DNA of 57,575 bases from contig NZ_CAUPHG010000001.1 of NCBI RefSeq assembly GCF_963510915.1, positions 1-57,575 of the forward strand. Direction: 5' to 3'. The translations under genes were made by a program, and so were the position numbers. This document shows, in pieces, positions 1 to 10,545 of the stretch. The DNA comes from an uncultured Anaerococcus sp. (GTDB taxonomy: Bacteria; Bacillota; Clostridia; Tissierellales; Peptoniphilaceae). Position 1 is the first letter of the stretch. Each line of letters opens with the position of its first letter. The notes under the pieces are model-generated. The model worked only from the letters and a program-made list of their open reading frames with translations. It was not told the DNA's origin and did not search any database.

Positions 1-860
1 GCACAGGTCTTACAATCATCCTTCCAGACCCAGGCAATACTGCAGGTGTTGACGTAAGGGGAGGGGCGCCGGGCACTCGTGAAACTGACCTATTAAATCC
101 CCTAAACCAAGTTTCTGAAGTTTCTTCTATTATTTTATCTGGTGGGTCTGCCTACGGACTAGAAGCGGCTAGCCATTTGATGAAAATTTTAGAAAAAGAG
201 GGCGTAGGCTTTGATGTGGGCGTTGGAGTTGTTCCAATTATTTCCCAGGCGGTTTTGTTTGACTTAGCCTACAAAAATCCCAAGGCAAGGCCAGATGAAA
301 GGATGACCCAAAAAGCCTTTGATTCTGCGACTTATGATGATAAGAGCCAGGGAATTATTGGGGCAGGCACAGGTGCGACTGTTGGCAAGGCCTTGGGCCA
401 TGATTCCTTGATAAAATCAGGTTTGGGCCAGGCTTCTATAAAAAAAGGCGACCTAGTAGTTTCTGCTATTGTTGCAGTAAATGCTTATGGAGATATTTTT
501 GACTACCAAAAGGGCCTCCAAATTGCAGGACCAACAAAGGATGGCAAGATGCTTAAAACCATTGATTTGATTGACCAAATCCTAGGCTCTTTTGCTGATA
601 TAAAGCCATCTAATACTACAATCGGAGCTGTCGCCACCAACGGAACTTTTTCTAAGACCGAGCTTACAAAAATTGCCGGCATGGCCCATGATGGTTACGC
701 AAGATCCATCAACCCAGTCCACACCCTTTTTGACGGTGATACAATATTTTCCCTTGCCACAAACAAGGTAAAAGCAAATATAAACCTAGTAGGAGCTTTG
801 GCAGCCGAAGCCATGTCTATGGCTATAGCCAATGCTATTTACTCTAGCAAAGAAAATTAA
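1..860 (+). CDS. Peptidase family S58 (DmpA/P1-like aminopeptidase), 5'-truncated by window edge
   Basis: Frame open from nt 3: GVDVRGGAPGTRETDLLNP, LSGGSAYGL, GAGTGATVGK, NTTIG, HTLFDGDTIF motifs. Confidence 0.9.
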   Translation, partial: TGLTIILPDPGNTAGVDVRGGAPGTRETDLLNPLNQVSEVSSIILSGGSAYGLEAASHLMKILEKEGVGFDVGVGVVPIISQAVLFDLAYKNPKARPDERMTQKAFDSATYDDKSQGIIGAGTGATVGKALGHDSLIKSGLGQASIKKGDLVVSAIVAVNAYGDIFDYQKGLQIAGPTKDGKMLKTIDLIDQILGSFADIKPSNTTIGAVATNGTFSKTELTKIAGMAHDGYARSINPVHTLFDGDTIFSLATNKVKANINLVGALAAEAMSMAIANAIYSSKEN

Positions 861-861
861 A

Positions 862-916
862 AAAATCCACCTCCCAGAGTGAAATTTTCTTCATTAGGGA
901 GTGGATTTATTTTTTT
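862..916. terminator. Bidirectional intrinsic terminator between convergent genes
   Basis: AAATCCACcTCCC...GGGAGTGGATTT flanked by A/T runs; near-copy at 2557-2606. Confidence 0.7.
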
Positions 917-929
917 AAAAGATTTTTTA

Positions 930-2426
930 TTAATAATCAAAAATGATTCCTGCCTTTTTTAGCAAGACTTCTGCTTGTTCACAAATTGCCTTTGATTCAT
1001 CAAGAAGTTTTAAAATTTTTTCTCTTGCAAGGGCAATTTTTTTAGGACTATTTTCTAGCAAATATTGAACTCCACCAACTGTCGCCCTATTGTCTTTTAT
1101 AGTTGCCCTTAAATCGAGGTAGACCTTATATTTTTTCTTTAGCCCTGTTATAGACTTTGTTTTGGCTTGGACTTGACTTTCTAAAGCTGTCATTTCGCCT
1201 TTTAGGCTGGTCATTTCTTCTAATTTATCCTGGTCAACGATTTTCTTGTTGCCCTTGATTATAGAATCTAGGTCGTTGTAGTATTTCATAAACCTTTTTT
1301 CGTAGTCATCTATGGAATAGACTGTCCTATTTGTAGGAGAGCTTGGATTCATTACAACTGATTTTGTATAAGTATAAACACTACCCTTGGTATTTAATCC
1401 GAATCCCGCACTAATAGTGTCCTCAGGTGACCAGTCATAGCCCCACATCAAGTCGTCTACTAGGTTTGTATAGTGACCAACCTGGGGATTCTTGAACATT
1501 TTACTCATCTCTTCTTCGTGTCTATTTATATAGCTTTCCATTTCATCCCTGTTTTTAAGTCCCTTAGACCTTAGGTAATCGAAGACAGGTTTTTCTCGGT
1601 CCCACCACTGTTTAATGGCAAATGAAGTAGATTTATCGCAATTAGCCCAAGCAAGGTTTTCGTATGGAGGGCTATAAACAGAGGAATGTTCTAATATTTT
1701 GCTCGAATAGTTTGAATTGGCTTGGGCTACAGCCATGTCAAAGTCAGAAATACCTATGACACTTAATTTTTTACCATCAATGCCGCCATCCTTTTGCCTT
1801 TTGGCATTAACTTCTCTAATGGATTCAATGCCGATTTTCATATTTTCAAGGCTTCTAGAGTCATTTTCATCTATTTTATTAGTGATTTTATTAGCTGCAA
1901 GGTATTTTGGGCCAGTACTTGGATTATAGCCATAGCCGGTTTTGCTAGGAAGGCTTTTAAAAACTTCTGTTGCCTCACTTGATCCCATTTCTTCAAAAAA
2001 TCCAACCGAACCCTTATCCCACTTAGCTTGGGCAGCTCTTTTTTCTTCTGTTGTTGGAATAGCAGTTGCTTGTTTTTCAATTTCAGTAAATTTCTTTTTT
2101 AAGGATCTAAACTTCTCAACTAGGGCATCTCTTTCGTTAATTACATCACGAACTTCATCGAAGCTCCTATAGTCATCATCAGTGTACTTATCCTTGCTTG
2201 GGTTTTCCTGATTATTGTTAGTAGGTTTTTGGGCTTGGGCCTCTTCTGCTTTCTTGATTTCCTCTTGCATTTTGTCATAGTCTTCTTCATACCACATGAG
2301 TTGATCAATGTAGGCATTAGCATCAGCAGTAGCATCATCGATGTCATAAGCATAGGCAGTAGAGACTCCATGGATAAGAAAACCAGCTGACAAAGCCATC
2401 ATTAGGGCTAAATTTTTCTTTTTCAT
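930..2426 (-). CDS. Secreted CAP/SCP-domain protein (paralogue 2)
   Basis: Signal peptide (MKKKNLALMM...AYA), H..ENLAW and GHYTNLV CAP-like motifs, coiled coils. Confidence 0.7.
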   Translation of the reverse strand: MKKKNLALMMALSAGFLIHGVSTAYAYDIDDATADANAYIDQLMWYEEDYDKMQEEIKKAEEAQAQKPTNNNQENPSKDKYTDDDYRSFDEVRDVINERDALVEKFRSLKKKFTEIEKQATAIPTTEEKRAAQAKWDKGSVGFFEEMGSSEATEVFKSLPSKTGYGYNPSTGPKYLAANKITNKIDENDSRSLENMKIGIESIREVNAKRQKDGGIDGKKLSVIGISDFDMAVAQANSNYSSKILEHSSVYSPPYENLAWANCDKSTSFAIKQWWDREKPVFDYLRSKGLKNRDEMESYINRHEEEMSKMFKNPQVGHYTNLVDDLMWGYDWSPEDTISAGFGLNTKGSVYTYTKSVVMNPSSPTNRTVYSIDDYEKRFMKYYNDLDSIIKGNKKIVDQDKLEEMTSLKGEMTALESQVQAKTKSITGLKKKYKVYLDLRATIKDNRATVGGVQYLLENSPKKIALAREKILKLLDESKAICEQAEVLLKKAGIIFDY

Positions 2427-2556
2427 AATAATTTGACTGTAAACCTCCTTTTTTAAAAATACAATCTTTCATTAGTTACATTTCACTTTTTTTCTTTACA
2501 ATAACAAAATACTATGGTGGGTCAGGCATAAAAGAGATTTAATATCTCGTTAATTA

Positions 2557-2606
2557 AAAAAATCCACCTCCTAGATCATTTTCTTATCTAGGGGAGTGGA
2601 TTTTTT
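2557..2606 (-). terminator. Intrinsic terminator of upstream CAP paralogue
   Basis: AAATCCACcTCCTAGAT...ATCTAGGgGAGTGGATTT hairpin with A/T tails. Confidence 0.75.
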
Positions 2607-2622
2607 CTCAAAGATTATTTTA

Positions 2623-4122
2623 TTAAAAGTCAAAAGTAATTCCTGCCTTTTTAAGCAAGGCTTCTGCTTGTTCACAAATTACCTTTGATTCATCAAGAAG
2701 TTTTAAAATTTTTGCTCTTGCATGGGCAATTTTTTTAGGACTATTTTCTAGCAAATATTGAACTGCATCAACTGTTGCCCTATTGTCCTTGATGGTATCT
2801 CTCAATTCAAGGTAGACCACATTTTTTTTCTTGAGGTTTTTTAGATTTTGCTCGCAACTATCAATTTGACCTTTAAGACCAGTCATTTCACTTTTAAGAC
2901 TCGCAATTTCTTCTAAAGCTGACTTGTCTACAATTTTCTTATTATCCTTGATTATAGATTTTAGGTCTGTGTAGTAGGTCAAAAATCTTTTTTCGTAGTC
3001 GTCTATGGAGTAAACTGTCCTATTTATAGGGCTTTCTGGGTTCATTACAAGAGACTTTGTGATAGGGTAGATACTACCATTTGTATTTATACCATATCCA
3101 GAGCTTATTGTATCTTCATGTCTCCAAAAATTTGCTCCCCAGCCTAGGTCATCAACTAGGTTTAGGTAATGGCCAACTTGAGGGCTCCAAAATTTATTTT
3201 TGATATCGCCTTCATTATTGGCTATATATTCTTCCATTTGTTTCCTGCTGCTTAGACCCTTTTCTCTTAGAAAATCAAAAACTACTTTTTCCTTATCCCA
3301 CCATCTTTCAATTGCTTCTGGTGCATTTATATCACCATTGGTCCAGGCTAGGTTTTCGTATGGAGGTCCATATACAGAAGAATGCTCTATAATATCTTTA
3401 GAATAGTTGGCATTAGCTTGGGCTACAGCCATGTCAAAGTCTGATATACCAATGACACTTAGTTTTATACCATCAATTCCACCGTCTTTATGTCTTTTAG
3501 CATTAACATCTCTAATAGACTCAATACCTTTCTTCATGTTTTCAAGACTTCTTGAGTCATGCTCATCTATCTTATTGGTGATTTTGTTAATCTCAAGATA
3601 CTTAGGACCTGTACTTGCTTTATAGCCTACCCCATTTCTAGAAGGAAGGCTTTTAAAGACTTCGACAGCTTCACTTGATCCCATTTTATCATAAAAACCA
3701 AGAGAACCCTTATCCCACTGAGCCTGGGCTTCTTTCTTTTCTTCATCGGTTGGGAGAGCTGTTGCATCTTTTTCAACTTCGGTAAATTTCTTTTTTAAGT
3801 TTCTAAACTTCTCAACTAGGGCATCTCTTTCGTCAATTACATCACGAACTTCACTTATATCCCTATAGTCATCATCTGTGTACTTGGCTAATTTTACTTC
3901 GGTTTCTTTTGGAACTTTGGTAAAATTCCACTCGCCATTTTCATCTATTGTACCTGTATAATGTTCGGCATTGCTAAAGTCAATTCCTTCCCAAAAGCCG
4001 TTTTCTTTGCTAAGGTCTATTTCCTTCAAAAAGACATTTTCATCAGCATGGGCAGTAGAGATGCCATGGATAAGAAATCCAGCTGACAAAACCATCATTA
4101 GGGCTAAATTTTTCTTTTTCAT
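2623..4122 (-). CDS. Secreted CAP/SCP-domain protein (paralogue 1)
   Basis: Near-identical signal peptide, ENLAW/GHYLNLV; strongly similar to 930..2426 after KYTDDDYR. Confidence 0.7.
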   Translation of the reverse strand: MKKKNLALMMVLSAGFLIHGISTAHADENVFLKEIDLSKENGFWEGIDFSNAEHYTGTIDENGEWNFTKVPKETEVKLAKYTDDDYRDISEVRDVIDERDALVEKFRNLKKKFTEVEKDATALPTDEEKKEAQAQWDKGSLGFYDKMGSSEAVEVFKSLPSRNGVGYKASTGPKYLEINKITNKIDEHDSRSLENMKKGIESIRDVNAKRHKDGGIDGIKLSVIGISDFDMAVAQANANYSKDIIEHSSVYGPPYENLAWTNGDINAPEAIERWWDKEKVVFDFLREKGLSSRKQMEEYIANNEGDIKNKFWSPQVGHYLNLVDDLGWGANFWRHEDTISSGYGINTNGSIYPITKSLVMNPESPINRTVYSIDDYEKRFLTYYTDLKSIIKDNKKIVDKSALEEIASLKSEMTGLKGQIDSCEQNLKNLKKKNVVYLELRDTIKDNRATVDAVQYLLENSPKKIAHARAKILKLLDESKVICEQAEALLKKAGITFDF

Positions 4123-4643
4123 AATAACCTTACTCTTGAACCTCCTTTTTATTAAAATATATAGTTCCTTATTAACTTACTATTTTTCTTAATAAATTAC
4201 AAAAGAATATCGTGAAATATAATCGACAAGATGGGTGCAAAGCTTTACCTATTTGATAAGGAAGTTTATTCTAGCAAGATGAGACTTCAAATAATAAATG
4301 CTATTTTCTTATCAAATGCTAGTGCTGATTTCACAATACTTTAGAGAGAAATATCTCTTTATCTATGGTAAAAAAACCTTTTCATTAGCGATGAAGTATG
4401 TTATAATAAAAACTACTGATAGACTAATGAGTAAAAATCTTTACTTGGGAAAAATATAGTGATATTCTATTTTCAACTTAATTTTTTCTTGGGAGTAACT
4501 TTTGGTCTAGAATAAGCAAGAGGAGAGACTTGCTTAGGGTAAGAATTATTATTTAAAATACATTTTAGGAGAGAAGTGATATGGAAATTTAAGAGCCAGC
4601 AAGCAAAAAATGAACTATCTACATAAAAAATTGAGGAGACTTT

Positions 4644-4991
4644 ATGAAATATTTAAAAGAATTTTGTTATTTATTATTTTTCTTATTATTAGGTTTTATT
4701 GCCAAAAAACTGACAGGCCTACCAATCCCAGAGCCAGTTTTTGGTATGATTTTTTTATTTATTGCCCTTTGTGCAAAATTAATAAAGGTTGACGATATAG
4801 GGGAAACATCTGATTTTCTAACATCTATCCTAGCCTTCACCTTCACACCACTTGGTGTTGGTCTTATGGTGCAATTTGATGTAATCAGAGATAATGCCTT
4901 TAAAATTTTGATAGTAATGGTTATATCTTGTTTGATAACTATGGCTGTGACTGCCAAAGTTGTCGAATTAGTACAAAAAGTGAGGAAATAA
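4644..4991 (+). CDS. lrgA: CidA/LrgA family holin-like membrane protein
   Basis: LPIPEPVFGMIFLF and FTPLGVGLM motifs, 115 aa, adjacent to LrgB. Confidence 0.85.
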   Translation: MKYLKEFCYLLFFLLLGFIAKKLTGLPIPEPVFGMIFLFIALCAKLIKVDDIGETSDFLTSILAFTFTPLGVGLMVQFDVIRDNAFKILIVMVISCLITMAVTAKVVELVQKVRK

Positions 4992-4992
4992 G

Positions 4993-5736
4993 ATGAGCGA
5001 ATTTTTAAATACCTATGTAGCAGATAATGACTTTTTCGGAATTATCCTATCTATAGTTATGTTTAGGATAGGGATGCTAATTAATAAAAAAACAAAGATT
5101 GCCATCCTAAATCCACTCCTACTTGCCATTGTATTTAGTATAATTTTTCTAAAATTAACTGGTATTTCTTATGAAAACTTTAACAAGGGTGGCAGATATA
5201 TTTCCTTTATGATAGCTCCTATTACTGTTGCCCTAGTAGTAAGTCTTTATAGAAATATTGAAAAACTAAAGGCTAACCTCATTCCAATCCTAATTGGTGT
5301 ATTAGTTGGTTCTTTTGTGGCTATCCTTTCAGCCTATCTTTTATCAAAGATTTTTGGCTTTGAAAAAGATCTTACCATAGCTATGATGCCTCAATCTGTA
5401 ACCACACCAATCGCCAAGTCCCTAACAGAGGAATATGTTGCAAAATTTGGAGCAGATGAGATGACCATTAATGCTTATGCAGCCGTCACAGCAATTACAG
5501 TTATACTAAGAGGAATTGTAGGAGCAATTTCCGCACCAACAGTAATGAAGGTTATGAGGGTTAAAGACCCTGTTGCCCAAGGTATAGGAATTGGCACATC
5601 AAGCCACGCCATGGGTACATCAAAGGCTATCGAAATGGGAGAAGTAGAAGGAGCTATGAGTGGCTTATCCATAGCTGTTGCTGGTATTTGCACTGTAATA
5701 TTGATGCCACTATTTATATTTGTATTCTTCTTATAA
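4993..5736 (+). CDS. lrgB: LrgB/CidB family membrane protein
   Basis: PQSVTTPIA and GIGIGTSSHAMGT motifs. Confidence 0.9.
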   Translation: MSEFLNTYVADNDFFGIILSIVMFRIGMLINKKTKIAILNPLLLAIVFSIIFLKLTGISYENFNKGGRYISFMIAPITVALVVSLYRNIEKLKANLIPILIGVLVGSFVAILSAYLLSKIFGFEKDLTIAMMPQSVTTPIAKSLTEEYVAKFGADEMTINAYAAVTAITVILRGIVGAISAPTVMKVMRVKDPVAQGIGIGTSSHAMGTSKAIEMGEVEGAMSGLSIAVAGICTVILMPLFIFVFFL

Positions 5737-5749
5737 TAAAGAAAATAAG

Positions 5750-5785
5750 ACTAAGGTTTAGCCCGAGGGCTGCCTTAGTTTTTTT
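5750..5785 (+). terminator. Intrinsic terminator
   Basis: ACTAAGG..AGCCC/GGGCT.CCTTAGT followed by T-run. Confidence 0.75.
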
Positions 5786-5813
5786 ATTCTCATAAAAGCA
5801 AGACAAATATTCT

Positions 5814-5842
5814 TTGACAAAAGCGGATACTTAGAGTATTAT
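5814..5842 (+). promoter_or_regulatory. SigA promoter of rpsF operon
   Basis: TTGACA-17 bp-TATTAT. Confidence 0.75.
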
Positions 5843-5849
5843 CAATAGG

Positions 5850-5900
5850 TAATCTCTACTCCGTAGTATAAACGGGGTCAATAGTCCACAGGGAGGTGAA
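5850..5900 (+). promoter_or_regulatory. Probable S6:S18 autoregulatory RNA leader
   Basis: Hairpin CTCCGT/ACGGGG, CCA just before the SD-containing stem (TCTCT/AGGGA), directly upstream of rpsF. Confidence 0.5.
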
Positions 5901-5903
5901 AAT

Positions 5904-6188
5904 ATGAATAATTACGAAGCAGTATTGATTTTCAAGACTGAATTAGCTGATGCTGACAGAAATGCTCTTCTAGATAGATTTAAAGGTCATATCGAAGAAA
6001 ATGGCGAAGTTGTATCAGTTGATGACTGGGGAAAAAGAAGACTTGCCTATGAGATCGATGATCTTAAAGAAGGTTACTACTATATCGTAGATTTCAAGTC
6101 AGAACCAGATCATATCAAAGAATTTGAAAGAAGACTAAGACTTTCAGATTTCGTTCTTAGATACATGGTTATTAGAAAAGAGGACTAA
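5904..6188 (+). CDS. rpsF: 30S ribosomal protein S6
   Basis: MNNYE...DDWGKRRLAYEI...VLRYMVIR. Confidence 0.97.
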   Translation: MNNYEAVLIFKTELADADRNALLDRFKGHIEENGEVVSVDDWGKRRLAYEIDDLKEGYYYIVDFKSEPDHIKEFERRLRLSDFVLRYMVIRKED

Positions 6189-6189
6189 T

Positions 6190-6708
6190 ATGAATAAAGT
6201 GATACTTATAGGACGCCTTGTTAGGGATCCTGAGCTAAGATATACCCAAGGAAATCAAGCGGTATGCACATTCACATTAGCGATAGATAAAAAACTAAGT
6301 CGAGAAAGAAGAGAAGAAGCGGAAGCAGCTAATCGTCCAACAGCAGATTTTCCAAGAATAACTGTTTGGGGTAGGCAGGCAGAAAATGCCTCAAGATACC
6401 TCTTTAAAGGAAGTCAATGCGCAGTAGAAGGTAGGATTCAAACCGGAAGCTACCAAGATAGGGAAACAGGCAAGACAGTTTATACAACAGATATTGTTGC
6501 CGATAATGTTGAGTTTATAGGATCTAGGTCAGAAAGACAAAGTCATAGCTCAAACCCAGGTGACAACCAAGATGTCTATGCTAACAACTATTCTCAAACA
6601 AACCAATATCAAAACAATCAAAACCAAGCAAGTCAACAGACCAGCAATGATGATTTTTTTGATGATGACTTTACTGAAATCCAAGACGATGGCAGAATTC
6701 CATTCTAG
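6190..6708 (+). CDS. ssb: Single-stranded DNA-binding protein (host)
   Basis: MNKVILIGRLVRDPELRYT, acidic tail ending IPF, rpsF-ssb-rpsR synteny. Confidence 0.97.
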   Translation: MNKVILIGRLVRDPELRYTQGNQAVCTFTLAIDKKLSRERREEAEAANRPTADFPRITVWGRQAENASRYLFKGSQCAVEGRIQTGSYQDRETGKTVYTTDIVADNVEFIGSRSERQSHSSNPGDNQDVYANNYSQTNQYQNNQNQASQQTSNDDFFDDDFTEIQDDGRIPF

Positions 6709-6733
6709 AAAAATATAAAAGAAAGGAATTACA

Positions 6734-6958
6734 ATGGCAAGAAGATTTAAACCAAGAAAAAAGGTTGATCCATTTGTAAAAGACCCATCAAAGGTAATAG
6801 ACTATAAAGACATTGAAACTCTTAAAAGATTTGTTACCGACAGAGGTAAGATTCTTCCAAGAAGAGTAACTGGTCTTAATGCAAAACACCAAAGAGAAAT
6901 AACAAGAGCAATCAAAAGAGCTAGACAAGTAGCCCTATTGCCTTACGAAGAAAACTAA
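6734..6958 (+). CDS. rpsR: 30S ribosomal protein S18 (cysteine-free form)
   Basis: IDYKD...[11 protein letters not shown]...[13 protein letters not shown]. Confidence 0.97.
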   Translation: MARRFKPRKKVDPFVKDPSKVIDYKDIETLKRFVTDRGKILPRRVTGLNAKHQREITRAIKRARQVALLPYEEN

Positions 6959-7087
6959 GACAAATATAAATAAAAATTTCAATAAGCATTTTGGGAGCAC
7001 CGCTCCCTTTTTTATTTGTTATAGAACATGAATATTTAATATATAAAAGTATAGTTATGATTATAACTAAATACTAAAGGAGGAATT

Positions 7088-9052
7088 ATGTTAATTGTTA
7101 TTATTTCTCTTATTGTGGCTATCCTAGCCCTTGTGCTAATGGCCTTTACAATCAAAGAGAGAATCCTTCCTGTATCTCGAGGTTCAAAAAGAATGCACGA
7201 GATTTCAGGATACATTAAAAATGGTGCTATGACCTTCATTTCAAGCGAATATAAATATATAATCGCCTTTGTAGTCGTAGTATCAATCCTAATTTCGATT
7301 TTTTTAAGTTTTAGGATTATGATCTGTTATCTAATAGGCTCATGCTTTTCAATGCTAACAGGTTTTATTGGAATGAGAACAGCTACGGAAGCAAACGCTA
7401 GATGTGCAAACGAAGCAATGGAAGGTGGCACAAACAGTGCCCTCAAACTTGCCTTTGCAGGTGGATCTGTAATGGGATATGCAGTAACAGGACTTGGTTT
7501 TTCAGGCCTCTTAATCTGCTATTTAATCTTTAGAGACCCAGCCATAGTAATGGGATATTCCCTAGGCGCATCATCAGTTGCCCTCTTTGCAAGAGTTGGT
7601 GGTGGTATCTATACAAAGGCAGCCGACCTTGGAGCAGATCTTGTAGGAAAGGTAGAAGCAGGCATCCCAGAAGATGACCCAAGAAATCCAGCAGTAATCG
7701 CAGATAACGTAGGAGATAACGTAGGTGACGTAGCAGGAATGGGAGCAGACTTATTTGAATCCTATGCCGGTGCAATAATCTCAGCTATCACCCTAGGTCT
7801 TGTATCTTATGGCGAGGCGGGATTAAACTTTACCCTACTACTTGTAGCAATAGGTATCCTAGCATCCCTAGTAGCAAGCTTCTTATTTACATCCAAAAAC
7901 CATAGAGAACCACAAAAGGCACTCATGATGACCATCTATGTTTCTGGAGCAATTGTAATAATTGCATCAGTAATTTTATCTCTTGCATATTTTGGAAACT
8001 TAAGAGCAGCTCTTGCAATTATCACAGGAATAATAGTAGGAATCGCCATAGGACTTCTAACAGAAGTTTACACATCAGATAAGTTTAAATATGTAAAAAA
8101 TATAGCAGAAGAATCAAAAACAGGTGTTGCTACTAACATCATAGCAGGTCTATCAACAGGTATGCTATCAGCAGTAGGACCAATCATCCTAATCGCCCTT
8201 GGAATTATAACAGCTTACTGGGCAGACGGAGTATTTGGTATAGCCCTATCAGCAGTAGGTATGTTATCAACAACAGCAACAACAGTATCAGTAGATGCCT
8301 ACGGCCCCATCACAGACAACGCCGGAGGAATCGCTGAAATGGCGGCCCTACCAAGCGAAGTAAGAGACATCACAGATGAGCTAGACTCAATAGGAAATAC
8401 AACAGCAGCCATAGGTAAAGGCTTTGCAATCGGCTCAGCAGCCCTCACAGCCCTATCCCTATTTGTAACCTACTCAGAAACATTAAAACTAGAAACAATC
8501 TCAATCCTAGACAGCCATGTAGTAGCTGGAATGTTCGTAGGCGGCATGCTACCATTCCTATTTACAGCTTTAACAATGAATTCAGTAGGAAAAGCTGCAA
8601 CAGAAATGATCGAAGAAGTAAGAAGACAATTCAAAAATGACCCAGGACTTCTTGAAGGAACAAGCGAACCAGATTATCAAAGATGTATTGAAATCTCAAC
8701 ATCAGCTTCCCTAAAAGAAATGATACTTCCAGGCGTACTCGCCATAGTAGTACCAATCTTTGTAGGCCTAGTATTTGGCCCAACAGCCCTAGGCGGACTC
8801 TTAGCAGGAGCCCTAGTAACAGGCGTGTTATTGGCAATCTTCATGTCAAACGCAGGTGGAGCTTGGGATAATGCAAAGAAATACATCGAAACCCTAGACG
8901 GTGACGATGGCAAAGGCTCAGACGCTCACAAAGCATCAGTTGTAGGAGACACAGTAGGAGACCCATTCAAAGACACATCAGGTCCAGCCCTAAACATCCT
9001 AATCAAACTAATGACAGTAGTATCAGTAATCTGCGCCGGACTATTTATCTAA
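7088..9052 (+). CDS. hppA: Membrane-bound ion-translocating pyrophosphatase, K+-dependent type (probably Na+-PPase)
   Basis: [45 protein letters not shown] (Ala) signature of K+-dependent enzymes. Confidence 0.92.
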   Translation: MLIVIISLIVAILALVLMAFTIKERILPVSRGSKRMHEISGYIKNGAMTFISSEYKYIIAFVVVVSILISIFLSFRIMICYLIGSCFSMLTGFIGMRTATEANARCANEAMEGGTNSALKLAFAGGSVMGYAVTGLGFSGLLICYLIFRDPAIVMGYSLGASSVALFARVGGGIYTKAADLGADLVGKVEAGIPEDDPRNPAVIADNVGDNVGDVAGMGADLFESYAGAIISAITLGLVSYGEAGLNFTLLLVAIGILASLVASFLFTSKNHREPQKALMMTIYVSGAIVIIASVILSLAYFGNLRAALAIITGIIVGIAIGLLTEVYTSDKFKYVKNIAEESKTGVATNIIAGLSTGMLSAVGPIILIALGIITAYWADGVFGIALSAVGMLSTTATTVSVDAYGPITDNAGGIAEMAALPSEVRDITDELDSIGNTTAAIGKGFAIGSAALTALSLFVTYSETLKLETISILDSHVVAGMFVGGMLPFLFTALTMNSVGKAATEMIEEVRRQFKNDPGLLEGTSEPDYQRCIEISTSASLKEMILPGVLAIVVPIFVGLVFGPTALGGLLAGALVTGVLLAIFMSNAGGAWDNAKKYIETLDGDDGKGSDAHKASVVGDTVGDPFKDTSGPALNILIKLMTVVSVICAGLFI

Positions 9053-9055
9053 AAC

Positions 9056-9089
9056 AAAAGATCCTCATCGAAAGATGGGGTCTTTTTTT
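9056..9089 (+). terminator. Intrinsic terminator
   Basis: AAAAGATCCTCATC-GAAA-GATGGGGTCTTTTTTT. Confidence 0.85.
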
Positions 9090-9210
9090 GTGAGGAAAAT
9101 TGGGTATAATAAATCAAAATAAGGTTATTTTTTTAATAATCAAGTTAAATTTTCTTATAATAAATTAAAAATATCTAGAAATTTTAAATTATAAGCAAAA
9201 AGGAGGAGAA

Positions 9211-10440
9211 ATGGAATACTTATATAAAATTTATTACAAAAACAAAGATAAATACGAATCTGTATATAAATCAAGAATAAATAATGAAGTTGTTGAGAAA
9301 ATTTCTCTCCCTTATAAAATAAAAAAAACAATTCCAATAAGTCTTTATTTCCTTCCATCAATAAAAACCATGTCTATGGTTGAAACAATTAAGAAAAACG
9401 ATCAAATTTTGATGGTCTTGGCAGAGGGATTTAAAGAGGAATACAAAGAATATTTATTTATTGACTTAATTGCAAATGACCTCGAAGCTTCAAACCTTCT
9501 TGAGGGTATAGATTCAAATAAAGATGAAATAATTTATTCAACCAAAAAAATCCTTGAAGAGAAAAAGCCAAATAACAAGAGGTTTGGAAGGACTCTTAAT
9601 TCTTATAGGTTATTATTAGATAATAAATTAAATCCGCCCAAAACAAATGAAGATATTAGGATAATATACGATAATATCACCAGTGGAGAAATCGAAAAAG
9701 AAAATCTTCCTGATGGAAAGTTTTATAGGAAAGGCCCAGTTTATATCCAAAAAGCAGGAAGCGTTAGTGGCGAAGTCATCCACCAAGGAGTGGACGGGGA
9801 AGATGTAATATCCTATAATATGGAAAGAATGATGGATTTTATGGCAGAATCGAACCTACCAAGCCTAATTAAAATCGCCATCAGCCACTATTACTTTGCC
9901 TACACTCATCCTTTCTATGATGGAAATGGTAGGGTAGGAAGGTTTTTATCCGCTATTTACCTAAAAAAAGACTACTCCTACCTAACTGCCCTATCACTAT
10001 CTAAGGGTTCACTTATTGAAAGAACAACCTATTACAAGGCCTTCGAAAAGACAAATGACCCCATATCAAAAGGAGAAGTTAATTTTTTTGTTGATTCATT
10101 CTTAGAATTAATCATTAAAGGCCAAGAAAATATCTTGGAATATTTTAACAAGGCTACAGAGAACGTAATAGAAGATTTTAAGAAATTCGAAAACAAATTA
10201 AAGGATATGGATGACTTCGATCTAAATTTAGTGGATATATTTTTAATGAATAAATATTTCGCAAAAAACCAGGCTATTGAAAGGGCTAGGATAATTTCAG
10301 ATTTAGAAAAAGATGGTCAGCCAGTATCAAGGATAAAGGCAAGGTTAGATTATTATCAAGAAATAGACCTAATAAAAGCGGTCAAAAAACGACCTCTAAT
10401 GTATGTCTTAAATGAAAATTTTTTTAAAAGAAAAGTGTAA
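9211..10440 (+). CDS. Fic family protein
   Basis: Canonical HPFYDGNGRVGR motif; SNLLEG resembles the class II inhibitory (S/T)xxxE(G/N) helix. Confidence 0.9.
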   Translation: MEYLYKIYYKNKDKYESVYKSRINNEVVEKISLPYKIKKTIPISLYFLPSIKTMSMVETIKKNDQILMVLAEGFKEEYKEYLFIDLIANDLEASNLLEGIDSNKDEIIYSTKKILEEKKPNNKRFGRTLNSYRLLLDNKLNPPKTNEDIRIIYDNITSGEIEKENLPDGKFYRKGPVYIQKAGSVSGEVIHQGVDGEDVISYNMERMMDFMAESNLPSLIKIAISHYYFAYTHPFYDGNGRVGRFLSAIYLKKDYSYLTALSLSKGSLIERTTYYKAFEKTNDPISKGEVNFFVDSFLELIIKGQENILEYFNKATENVIEDFKKFENKLKDMDDFDLNLVDIFLMNKYFAKNQAIERARIISDLEKDGQPVSRIKARLDYYQEIDLIKAVKKRPLMYVLNENFFKRKV

Positions 10441-10545
10441 GTCAAGCTTGCGCTTTTTTTATGCCAAAAATCGGGACATTTTTCTTTAAAATTCTATATA
10501 TAGGCAGAGAGTATAGCAAAAATCTACACTACGAAAGGAGCAATA

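Noticed and set aside
4610..4792. 60-aa ORF overlapping lrgA
   Set aside because: Alternative frame of a well-supported gene; no RBS or motif support
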